64,000 bases of DNA from positions 220 through 64,219 of the forward strand of contig CAVYBN010000012.1 in the NCBI GenBank assembly GCA_963766795.1. The letters run 5' to 3'. This document shows, piece after piece, positions 7,624 to 16,329 of this stretch. The DNA comes from Candidatus Parcubacteria bacterium (lineage in GTDB: Bacteria > Patescibacteriota > Minisyncoccia > Phycocordibacterales > PALSA-1337). Under the pieces are notes generated by a model. The model was not told where the DNA came from. It did not search any database and saw only the letters and a program-made list of their open reading frames with translations. The translations under genes and the position numbers were made by a program. Position 1 is the first letter of the stretch. Each line of letters opens with the position of its first letter.

Positions 7624-9569
7624 GTTACGTTTTCTAGGGTGGATAATTGTTCCTCAAATGTCGTGACTGTATTGACCGCAGCTGTTTCTCTTGTGATCAA
7701 ACCCGGAAGCTTGGCGTTAAACTCATCTAGCTTAGCTTGTTGTGCGGCGTTAGGTCCTGCAGCTCCCGTGTTCATGACCCTAGTATTGATTGCTTCAATT
7801 CCGTCGTTGGCTTTCTTGATTTCCTCACGGATCTTCTCGAGGTTTTTGTTCGATGATTCGACCCTCTTCTTTAGATTTTCAGATTGGATCTTTGTCGCTG
7901 CGAGCTTATTCTTTCGTGCGACCTTTGTCCATATCGTATCGGCGCTCCGTGTCCTTATGCTACCCGCATATGTGTCTTTTCGTCCAAGTTTCGTCTCATT
8001 TAGAAGACCTTCAACCTCACCTATCCTTGTGTTTAAAGCCTTTGCCCCGTTTATGTCGCCGCGAGAACGCAGGTACCCTTGTTGTCTGCGCAGATCTCTA
8101 AGTTCAGCTTCATGGAATTGGGCTTGACGCTTGTTGTAACCCAATGACTCCGCAAACTCTGTTTTTGATTTCACCTGTCCTGCCAGCTTGGCGTCATAAC
8201 CAGACGCAAGTCCACGAGTTCCTTTCAACAATGTGCCGCCGATCGCGGTATGCCTTGCGGCAAAATCCTTGAATCCTTCGCTCTGGGCGATCTTACTGGT
8301 AGCGCGTCCGACAGTACCTGTATAAGAAGCTCCGCCGAACCTCTTCCATATTCCCTGCATATTCAATCCCGAAGTGAACTTATTCTTGCTGATCCACCCC
8401 GTCGCCACGCCGCCCATCTCGATGGCAGCCACCAGCGGCAGGTTGAGCAGGAAAATGACGATGAAGGCATTGACGCCCAGAGCCAGATAATCGCTGTACC
8501 ATGTAGCGCTTGAGCTGGTGACCAGATTGCCCAGGTAGCCGGTGTGGAAGAATGAGCTTGTGGTGAGGACATTCAAGGCCAGATACATGAGCAAGAGGTA
8601 GACCGGCATGAAGAGAAGCATGCTCGTGTACATACTCGTCCATTTTTTTGCGTAGGTCTTGATCTCCGAGCTCGGGATGATGGCGGCGACGAACCAGATC
8701 GGCGAGAAGGCCAGGAGGACCAATAGGAGCACGAACCTGAAGATGAAAGCGCCGGCGGCCAGAGTAAAGCTGCAAGCGGCGGTAAATTCGATGATCATGC
8801 CGGTCACGCCCATGAGGATGATCTTGAGCGGAGCGGGGGTGTTGGCATTGCTGGCGGCGGCGGTGTTTCCTGTCGAGCCCGACGGCGACAAGGACGGCTT
8901 GTATATGCTTGTGATGTTCAAGGATTGCATGAATATGTCCGAAAGGCCGCCGTCGCCCATCAATTTGCTCATGGTGCCCTGATCCTGGAAAGATAACGCG
9001 TCGCCGCTCACGCTGTTGGCCGGAGCGATGGCGTTGTAAAGTTGTAGAGAGACGATGTTGGAAGCGTCGATGCCGAGTCCCGCCGCGAAGAAGCTGAAAT
9101 TGACGAGGACGCCGGCCACGACGATGTTCTTGATGAGGGTATTGAACTTCGGGTCTTGGATGCCGATGATCATCTGTATAGCCGCCCAGAGCAGGAAGAA
9201 GATGATGAACATGCTGGAGATGTCCCTGATGGCCGTCCATGTCGTGTAGATCGCCGTAGTGCCGTCCACGAAGGCCTTGATGTTCAGCGTCATGCCCATG
9301 GCGATGTTCAGGAACATGCCGGAGAGCGCTACCAGCCAGCTCATGATCATGAGCCCGATGTTCATGATGTTGGCGATAAGGCTGTTGATGAGGGAGACAA
9401 AATCGGGGAAGCCGAAGAAGCTCGCTATGCCGCTGATCCAATTCCCTCCCGAACCGCCGGCGGTGGCCTGCAATGGGCCATCAGCGTGTGCAACCACGGC
9501 GAAAGTGCCGACGCACAATATCAATGTGATCAGTAGGATCGGAACAAGTTTTTTGTATGAGATCCTCAT
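7620..9569 (-). CDS. polytopic membrane protein, VirB6/TrbL-like candidate, with C-terminal coiled-coil tail
   Basis: 649 aa with a signal-like N-terminus, many hydrophobic helices across roughly aa 40-400, then a charged K/E/R-rich tail. Position and topology fit the T4SS channel subunit. No sequence motif was verified. Confidence 0.5.
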   Translation of the reverse strand: MRISYKKLVPILLITLILCVGTFAVVAHADGPLQATAGGSGGNWISGIASFFGFPDFVSLINSLIANIMNIGLMIMSWLVALSGMFLNIAMGMTLNIKAFVDGTTAIYTTWTAIRDISSMFIIFFLLWAAIQMIIGIQDPKFNTLIKNIVVAGVLVNFSFFAAGLGIDASNIVSLQLYNAIAPANSVSGDALSFQDQGTMSKLMGDGGLSDIFMQSLNITSIYKPSLSPSGSTGNTAAASNANTPAPLKIILMGVTGMIIEFTAACSFTLAAGAFIFRFVLLLVLLAFSPIWFVAAIIPSSEIKTYAKKWTSMYTSMLLFMPVYLLLMYLALNVLTTSSFFHTGYLGNLVTSSSATWYSDYLALGVNAFIVIFLLNLPLVAAIEMGGVATGWISKNKFTSGLNMQGIWKRFGGASYTGTVGRATSKIAQSEGFKDFAARHTAIGGTLLKGTRGLASGYDAKLAGQVKSKTEFAESLGYNKRQAQFHEAELRDLRRQQGYLRSRGDINGAKALNTRIGEVEGLLNETKLGRKDTYAGSIRTRSADTIWTKVARKNKLAATKIQSENLKKRVESSNKNLEKIREEIKKANDGIEAINTRVMNTGAAGPNAAQQAKLDEFNAKLPGLITRETAAVNTVTTFEEQLSTLENVT

Positions 9570-9572
9570 GAT

Positions 9573-11381
9573 TTAATGGGCAGTCGTTCCATAGTTGGTC
9601 GTTCCATTGCAGACGCTTTGATACGGTATCAAAGCCTTAGACAGAGTGTTCACCAAAGTCGTGGCAGTCTGGAAATCGTCGCTGGCCGCTTGCGGGTCGC
9701 TGTCGGCGGATGACGATATAGAATCCAATTCCGTGGAAAATTGGGTATTTAAGTTAACGAGATCCTGTGCCGAAGCAGTCTTATTGACCTGATCCTCGAT
9801 GCTTTGTATCTGTATGAGAGTGCTTGAAGCATCCATGGCGGAAGCTTGGGCGATGGCGACTTGCGGCGTTATGTTCGTGGCTATCGCGCTATCCAGAGCC
9901 GATAATTGGCCTTGCAGATAAGTCGTCTGTCCGGCGTAATTGGTTTGATTGGAGTTATTCTGACCGGAATAGTTATTGGATTGTTGTGAGCTATTGGATT
10001 GTTGCAGATTTGTCGATTGCTGAACATCATTTGCAATGCACGCCCTCACTGCCGCATAGGCGTTCTGCTGTGAAGTCACGAGCGCCAAGGATTGGCTACG
10101 ATACAAGATTGCTTGTTGTACGGAAACTGTATCTTGTACCAATTGGTCAACTGCCTGTTTCTTCAAACTGGTGAAGTTCTGGCTCATTTGCGGATCGTTG
10201 GCCAGCTGATCGATATAAGATTGCGCTCCGCTTGTCCCAGAACCGGGCTGGCTTGACGCCAGAAGGCCGCCTCCGACGATTACCTGTTTTACCAGATAGG
10301 AGAAGAATGCCGATACGACCTCGTTGATGTCGTTGGTCATGTTGAGCTCGTCAGTCGAAGCGCCGAGCTGTTTGCTGAGCGATGACGAGATGACGGAGCC
10401 GGGGGTCTGCATCGTGCAGCTCTGGTAGGTTACATTGCCCTTTGCGTCTACGCTTGCGGTGATGCCGGAACCGGCCCCTGCTGTCATCGCGCCCTCGCTC
10501 ACTTCGGCAGTGACATCCGTGCAGCTGTTCCAAGACAAGAAGCCGCTGCCGAGCTGGATATCGGCCGTGAGCGACGCGTGGCGCATGCCGATCTGCGCGT
10601 TCAAGTCGGCGCTAGACTGCAGATATGCTCCGAAAGGATTGTTCTGCGGCACGGTGGTCATGGTGATGAACGAAGACCAGCCGCCGGCCGAGAAGTTTCC
10701 TTTCATGAAGCTGTTTATATTCTGACCATTAACCGTGACATTGACGCCATTCTGGGCATTTTTGATGATCGTGCCGAGCGTGCAGGTGTATCGCTGGTCT
10801 GATGGTTGGACATGCTCGAGCGCCAATGCTACTTGGATATCGACGCTGAACGGCGAACACAGTTGTGATAACGGGCCGCTTCCCGACAGGAACGCGCCAG
10901 TTATCTGATCGCCGGCGTCAATAAAAAATGCTTGCGGATTCTTCAAGAACGAAGGGTTGCCTTTGAAGCCCGTATTGATCCAATTGACCACGCTGGTGGC
11001 GATGCTGTGGAGGACGATGTGCGCCATCTGCCAAGCGATGCCGCTCCAAGTGCACTGGACGTTCTTGGCAGTAGTGGTGTTCGCGGCAATGGTGGAGGTG
11101 TTCTTCCCGACGGTGGCGTCAGTGACGGGCACGGCCTTGCCTATGCCGATCGATCCAGTGATTGATCCGCTGCCACTGCTACCGAACAGACTTCCTAGGC
11201 CTAACATAGATGTCAGCGCGGATCCGCATCCTGCTAGTGCGCCGCCGACCGCGCCGCCGATGATGCCGCTGGCTTGCGCGTTCGTTTGGATAGGTCCGGA
11301 GAATATGGTTGCGACGAGCATCGCAAAGGCGCTTGCCGTGAGCAATATTTTCTTACCGAGATTTTTTTTGTGAGCGGTCAT
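9573..11381 (-). CDS. large secreted protein of unknown function (T4SS-like cluster)
   Basis: 602-aa ORF with signal peptide MTAHKKNLGKKILLTASAFAMLVATIFSGPIQTNAQA, a Gly-rich stretch and an S/T/Q/N-rich C-terminus. There is a 3-nt gap to the next gene. Confidence 0.5.
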   Translation of the reverse strand: MTAHKKNLGKKILLTASAFAMLVATIFSGPIQTNAQASGIIGGAVGGALAGCGSALTSMLGLGSLFGSSGSGSITGSIGIGKAVPVTDATVGKNTSTIAANTTTAKNVQCTWSGIAWQMAHIVLHSIATSVVNWINTGFKGNPSFLKNPQAFFIDAGDQITGAFLSGSGPLSQLCSPFSVDIQVALALEHVQPSDQRYTCTLGTIIKNAQNGVNVTVNGQNINSFMKGNFSAGGWSSFITMTTVPQNNPFGAYLQSSADLNAQIGMRHASLTADIQLGSGFLSWNSCTDVTAEVSEGAMTAGAGSGITASVDAKGNVTYQSCTMQTPGSVISSSLSKQLGASTDELNMTNDINEVVSAFFSYLVKQVIVGGGLLASSQPGSGTSGAQSYIDQLANDPQMSQNFTSLKKQAVDQLVQDTVSVQQAILYRSQSLALVTSQQNAYAAVRACIANDVQQSTNLQQSNSSQQSNNYSGQNNSNQTNYAGQTTYLQGQLSALDSAIATNITPQVAIAQASAMDASSTLIQIQSIEDQVNKTASAQDLVNLNTQFSTELDSISSSADSDPQAASDDFQTATTLVNTLSKALIPYQSVCNGTTNYGTTAH

Positions 11382-11391
11382 TGTCAGTATG

Positions 11392-12303
11392 TCAATTCAA
11401 CAAGACATTGAAAGCGGTCTCATTGTTGAGGATGAACGATACCCCTTGCTGATCCAGGGCGCTCTGCATGGCCAGAAGAGCGCTTGTCAATTGGTCGATT
11501 CCGCTCACATGCGCGCTGACGCCAGCGATCCCGCGCACGATGTCGGTGTCCGTCGCGCGTAGAGCTTCGGCCGCGAATTCAAGAGAACTGTACGAATTTA
11601 TCAGCCCGATCTCGTATGTGGACATGGATTGCGGCGTCGGTATCGAGAGAAGCCCGGCGATGATGGCTTTGTAATTCGCGATTATGGGATCTATGCGCTT
11701 GAGCACGCTCGGGTCATTGTTGTTCAGGTATTCGCTCATGATCGATGACTCGCTTTCCGTCGCGTTATAGAGCTCGACGGTCTGTTCCACAGCCGAAGCG
11801 AACGCGGAAAGAGACTTACCGTCGGAAGCCGGTACGATCGCGACATCCTTCTCGGTATACGATCTCGGTTGCACGGATCCGACGCTGGAAGTCACGAGGT
11901 CGCTAGCCGTTTGATTGACGACATCGGGATTATTGAGCAAATTAGCTTGTTTCAGCTCCATATAGCGCGTGAATAATTCTTGGCTAAGTTTGTCTGTCAT
12001 GGTCAAAGGCGCGGCTTTTACCGAAGGACTGGCATTTCCGTCAGCGATCTTGTATGTCCCAGGAACAGAAGTGTCAGTGAATTGCTTCCGCCAATCAGTT
12101 CCTGTGCTAGAAGCTGTGTTGGCCGCTGATTGTTCTGTGTCAGTATTTGAAGGTTCCACGACAACGGCATTATTTTCAAGGATAGCTTGTTGTGCCGAGG
12201 CCATGGGGGCATTTTTGTGCGTGTAATATGCGACGCCAAACACTGCTACGGCGCACACCAAGGCAATGACTACCGTTTGCTTGCGCGGGTAGAAAACAGA
12301 CAT
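11392..12303 (-). CDS. membrane-anchored hypothetical protein, first gene of the T4SS-like cluster
   Basis: I prefer the ATG at 12303 (MSVFYPRKQTVVIALVCAVAVFGVAYY, one N-terminal TM). The track start at 12489 would overlap the divergent gene at 12403. Confidence 0.5.
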   Translation of the reverse strand: MSVFYPRKQTVVIALVCAVAVFGVAYYTHKNAPMASAQQAILENNAVVVEPSNTDTEQSAANTASSTGTDWRKQFTDTSVPGTYKIADGNASPSVKAAPLTMTDKLSQELFTRYMELKQANLLNNPDVVNQTASDLVTSSVGSVQPRSYTEKDVAIVPASDGKSLSAFASAVEQTVELYNATESESSIMSEYLNNNDPSVLKRIDPIIANYKAIIAGLLSIPTPQSMSTYEIGLINSYSSLEFAAEALRATDTDIVRGIAGVSAHVSGIDQLTSALLAMQSALDQQGVSFILNNETAFNVLLN

Positions 12304-12402
12304 AGTACAATTATAGCAAAGATAGGGTCTAGCGGCCTTGAAATATGGGGATAGAAGGTAAGGATTCACCTGCGAATCGCAAGGCGTGATAGAATCAGTT
12401 GT

Positions 12403-13578
12403 ATGAAAGGCAAGATAATCTCGAACTCGCTTATTTTTATCGTAATATCTTCGGTATTTTTGGCGTTTGTTCGACAAGCGTCGGCTCAAACGCTCTTTTC
12501 AAAGGATCTCACCATTGGCATGAGCGGCTCCGATGTAAAAGAGCTTCAAATCCTTTTAAATCAAGATCCCGCAACAGCCGTTGCTGTTATCGGTCCAGGC
12601 TCTCCAGGCAATGAAACGAGCTATTTTGGGCAAAAAACGGAGGCCGCGGCCGTTGAATTCCAAGAAAAATATGCCGCGGACATTTTGATGCCTATCGGGA
12701 TGACGCAAGGCACCGGATATGTCGGCGCCAGAACGCGGGCGAAACTTGAAGCGCTTGTAAATGCTGGCAGTCTCTCATCCCAAGGACGATTTGAAAGCAC
12801 TGCCACAGGATCAGCTTTGCCAATCACGTCCACCAACGCACCGATTAAAAACATCCCCGTACCATTAGCGTCAGCCGTACCATCCACGGCTACCGTGTCA
12901 GTAGGCTCGACCTCCTCAATCGCGGTTCAATCAAAAGGCGTTTCTTCTTTGCCTGCTCTTCAATCGTCGCTGTCTCAAGGCGTCATCGCTCAACAAAATG
13001 CTTTTCAAGCGGTGTCGCCAAATGATCTTCTGATATTCGGCCTTTCACATGACAAGATAAAACCCGGCGATTCCCTTTCGGTGACTGGTTTCGGTTTTGA
13101 TCCAGGTACGATTGCGCACATAGGCCAATTTTATTCGATCGGCGTGGCGGCAACATCGAGCGATAGCTTCGCCATCCAAATACCGGCTACGATTTCTTAT
13201 GGATCATATGATTTCTGGGTGAGCAACAGCCGGGGTACTTCTATGGGCAAGTCTCCTTTCAAACTGACCATTGCTGACACGACCGACAGAAGGCCTAATT
13301 TAATATCAGTCTCGCCGACGATCGCCGTTATCAATGACGCGATAGTCGTCACCGCCGACAAGCTGGACTTTTCCGGCAATGCCGTTTATTCGAATCTTGG
13401 TATAATAAGGTCAGTGCCATCGTCCGACGGCAAGTCCATGTCTTTTAAAGTGAGCCAGTTGCCGAACGCGAGCGCATTGTTACAGAGCCAGTCTATAGAC
13501 AGATTCACCGTCACTTTCGGTATCAGGACGGCTACGGGACAAAGCCTGAATTACGGTTATTTTACTTTGACCAAATGA
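12403..13578 (+). CDS. secreted peptidoglycan-binding domain protein with IPT/Ig-like C-terminal region
   Basis: Signal peptide, then GMSGSDVKELQILLNQ...GNETSYFGQKTEAAAVEFQEKY, which fits the PG_binding_1-type pattern. The C-terminal part is beta-rich. Confidence 0.65.
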   Translation: MKGKIISNSLIFIVISSVFLAFVRQASAQTLFSKDLTIGMSGSDVKELQILLNQDPATAVAVIGPGSPGNETSYFGQKTEAAAVEFQEKYAADILMPIGMTQGTGYVGARTRAKLEALVNAGSLSSQGRFESTATGSALPITSTNAPIKNIPVPLASAVPSTATVSVGSTSSIAVQSKGVSSLPALQSSLSQGVIAQQNAFQAVSPNDLLIFGLSHDKIKPGDSLSVTGFGFDPGTIAHIGQFYSIGVAATSSDSFAIQIPATISYGSYDFWVSNSRGTSMGKSPFKLTIADTTDRRPNLISVSPTIAVINDAIVVTADKLDFSGNAVYSNLGIIRSVPSSDGKSMSFKVSQLPNASALLQSQSIDRFTVTFGIRTATGQSLNYGYFTLTK

Positions 13579-14057
13579 AAAACTTCTTATCCATCATAGC
13601 TATAATACTTATGACTTTCATTTCCTTGCCTTTTCGCGCTCTCGCATTCGGCGCGACATTCGACGGCGGCGAGCTTCAAGGCATGGACACCATGTGCACA
13701 TGTTCCGGCGGTGAGACCATCGATATCCAAAGCTATGTCGACAATAGTCAGCATACATATCTGTATGAGCTTGGAGCATCGACGCTGTACGCGAATTACG
13801 ATATCATGTCATCGAACGGTTATTTCTTAGCCACACTTACGCCGATGGCGATGTGTTTGGTATACGAAGGCGAGGATTGCGATCAGGAGGGCCAGACTCC
13901 GGAAGGAATGTTCAATTTGGTCGGCACTTCCTTCAACGACAGTAGGAACAGCCTCATGGCGCTTCTAGAGAAGTTTCCGATGGTTTCTAATATCACCGAG
14001 GCTTTCTCAAAGTCGATTTCTCTGTCTTCTTGGAATCGTTCAGATTCTCAGATTTGA
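13575..14057 (+). CDS. small secreted Cys-containing hypothetical protein
   Basis: 160-aa ORF with an ATGA overlap to the upstream gene and signal peptide MKNFLSIIAIILMTFISLPFRALA. Confidence 0.45.
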   Translation: MKNFLSIIAIILMTFISLPFRALAFGATFDGGELQGMDTMCTCSGGETIDIQSYVDNSQHTYLYELGASTLYANYDIMSSNGYFLATLTPMAMCLVYEGEDCDQEGQTPEGMFNLVGTSFNDSRNSLMALLEKFPMVSNITEAFSKSISLSSWNRSDSQI

Positions 14058-15089
14058 AACGATCTCAAACCACTTCCCCAGTTCAACCTCCTCCGCCCGC
14101 GCTTTTTCATTTAAATTCAAGTCAAACCAGACCTTTTCAAGTCTCTCCTTGGCGGTTATTCCATTGGCGATTCCTTTGGTAATCGCTTCTTTGCCAACGA
14201 CTGCCTCCAGATTCCTGATCAAAAGCTTCCTCTTATGAGCGAATCCGGCTTTGACGATCTCAAAAAACCTAGGTATTTCAACGCCTTTCTCCTTAAATCG
14301 TTTATCGGAAATGTTTTCGATTGAAAGTATGGCCGAATCAACCGTTGGCGGCGGCGTGAATGCTCCGCGCGGAACGCGGGCGATGATCTTCGGCGTGCCA
14401 AAAGCTTTGACGGAAATGGAGAGGATGCTCTCTTTGCCAGACAGAGGTCGGACCTCCGCCCGGATGACCCCGAGGTCCGACCTCTGTGTTCTAGTACCGA
14501 TGATCCGTTCAGCGACTTCTTTTTGTACCAATAGAACCATTCTATTTGGCCGTGGTTCATGCTCAAGAAATGATTCGAGAATGGCGCCGGTGATGTAGTA
14601 AGGGATATTGGAGACGATCGCGTACGAGGAATTGGAGATTGAAAATTGAAAAGCCTTGTCATTCCCGTGAAAACGGGAATCCAGTGTATCACTGCTTTCG
14701 ATTTCAGTAGTCTGACCCTGGATCCCCGCTTGCGCGGGGATGACAACAGGATTCGCGGGGATGACAGGCGGTTTACAATCGTTGGCAATCAATCGGCTGA
14801 TTGAATACGATTCTCGATCGAGAATGTCGCCTTCGACGAGCGTTAATCGGCTAGCGTTCAATTCACTGGCGAATCTTTCTTTTAATAGTTCGATCGCCCG
14901 CGAATCTTTTTCGATCGCTATGACATTCGCGCCAGCTTCAAGCAGAGCTTTCGTCAAAACGCCCGTGCCCGGCCCTATTTCAAGGACATTTTCACCGATT
15001 TGAATGTGCGCGCTCTCGATGATCTGCTTCAAGACCACCGGTGAATTCAGGAAATGCTGTCCGAGGGATTTTTTTGGTTTTAAGTTCAT
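14040..15089 (-). CDS. rsmA: 16S rRNA (adenine1518/1519-N6)-dimethyltransferase RsmA/KsgA carrying two in-frame repeat insertions
   Basis: LGQHFLNSPVVLKQIIE...VLEIGPGTGVLTKALLE...SNIPYYITG. I prefer the ATG at 15089 (MNLKPKK). The protein is longer than usual because of the inserts at 14441-14487 and 14631-14768. Confidence 0.85.
   Translation of the reverse strand: MNLKPKKSLGQHFLNSPVVLKQIIESAHIQIGENVLEIGPGTGVLTKALLEAGANVIAIEKDSRAIELLKERFASELNASRLTLVEGDILDRESYSISRLIANDCKPPVIPANPVVIPAQAGIQGQTTEIESSDTLDSRFHGNDKAFQFSISNSSYAIVSNIPYYITGAILESFLEHEPRPNRMVLLVQKEVAERIIGTRTQRSDLGVIRAEVRPLSGKESILSISVKAFGTPKIIARVPRGAFTPPPTVDSAILSIENISDKRFKEKGVEIPRFFEIVKAGFAHKRKLLIRNLEAVVGKEAITKGIANGITAKERLEKVWFDLNLNEKARAEEVELGKWFEIVSNLRI
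14441..14487. repeat. perfect 16-bp-stem hairpin element (ACAGAGGTCGGACCTC / GAGGTCCGACCTCTGT) inside rsmA
   Basis: Arms at 14441-14456 and 14472-14487 are exact reverse complements. The GAGGTC(C/G)GACCTC core recurs at 28269-28285 (intergenic) and 53496-53510 (inside rsmE). Confidence 0.8.
14656..14768 (+). repeat. MITE-like element copy 3 with a partially duplicated right hairpin, inside the rsmA reading frame
   Basis: TTGTCA-ATTCCCG-TGAAAA-CGGGAAT-CCAGTGT...CCCTGGATCCCCGCTTGCGCGGGGATGACAA plus an extra CAGGATTCGCGGGGATGACAGG. It is translated in frame as PVIPANPVVIPAQAGIQ...LDSRFHGNDK. Confidence 0.85.
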
Positions 15090-15115
15090 AATCGCTTGCG
15101 TTATTGAGGAATCCT

Positions 15116-16208
15116 TTACGCGGTCGGAGCAGTCAGCCATTCCCAAAGAGGGACAAACTGCACTGTCACGCCATCCTTTTTGACTTCGCGCTTCTCATCC
15201 CACGAGAGCACGGTGAGCTTATCCACTTTCAATTCGCCGCCGGCTTCGGATAAGGCTTTTATCTCTCTTCGCTCGACATCCGGAGATATCGGATCGTAGC
15301 AGACCTGAATTAGTTCCGTGACTTCTATTCCTTGCCTCACGACAAAATCAACCTCGCGGTCATTGCGGGTTTTGTAGTAAAATAGCTCTTTATTCGGCTT
15401 AGCTCCGCGTTTGACGAGCTCGGTAAAAACGAGATTTTCCATGAGCTTGCCTTTGTCGGGAGAATGCTGGACTCGCTTTCGCGCTTATGAAGCCGTTATC
15501 GACGGCATAGACTTTTCTCGGCGACTTTATGCGTTGTATCGATTTCGGCGAATATCGCAGCAGAGAAAAGACAAGATATGCCTCCTCCAGATATTTTATG
15601 TACTTCTCTATCGTGCTGGTGCTTTTCAGATTCAAAGCCTCGAGCAGTTTGCGTATCGTATACAAGTTGGCGAAGTTATTGACCATATATGCCGCCAGAT
15701 TCACTATCTGCGTCGAGAATCTGACCTCATGCCTTTTGACCACATCCTTGAAGATGAGCGAATCGAACAAAACCTCTAGATAATCCTTGGGGTCGACATT
15801 ATTGACTGCCACCTCCGGAAATCCGCCGTTCACTAGGTAATTTCCCATCAGATTCAACAGCTCGCCTCGTTGCTCCGGCAATGCCGCATACTCGGGATTT
15901 ATTTGAAACTTTTTTGCTTTGAGAAATTCATTGAAATCAAACGGCAGTATCTCTATGGGCATGTGTCTCCCAGTCAGATGCGTGGCGAGCTCCATTGAGA
16001 GAAGCTGGGCGTTCGATCCGGTGAGCACCAGATTGTAGCCTCCCCTGTGTAATCGGTTGGCGAAAAGCTCCCAGCCGTGGAGATTCTGTATCTCATCAAA
16101 GAGAATGGTCTTTACCGGGCCGTATGCCGCGTGCAATTCTTTCATGAGCTCATTCGTTTCTATGCCGCCAGTGCTCGAAAGGACTTCATCGTCAAAATTG
16201 AAATACAT
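15116..16208 (-). pseudogene. AAA-ATPase (DUF4143-type) remnant: N-terminally truncated and frameshifted
   Basis: ORFs 15399..16208 and 15116..15442 together match the middle and C-terminal architecture of AAA14/DUF4143 ATPases (FDEIQ...GSNAQLL...ENLVFTELVKRG). No Walker A region lies upstream. The frames rejoin if one C is removed from the CCC at 15457-15459 (GGG on the plus strand). Confidence 0.65.
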
Positions 16209-16329
16209 GAACGGCCGATCCGATCTCTTTTAGTTTGTTATTTTGCATAGTAACTTACTCATACTGGTCAGAATATGTCTTTTTTGACCAGTACGACTAG
16301 TATACTGGTCACAATGGGAATAAGTCAAG

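Noticed and set aside
14441-14768. The in-frame inserts in rsmA, pcrA, pnp and rsmE could be inteins or introns.
   Set aside because: They are far too short (roughly 10-50 codons). They lack intein splicing blocks and group I/II intron structure, and they are identical in kind to intergenic repeats.
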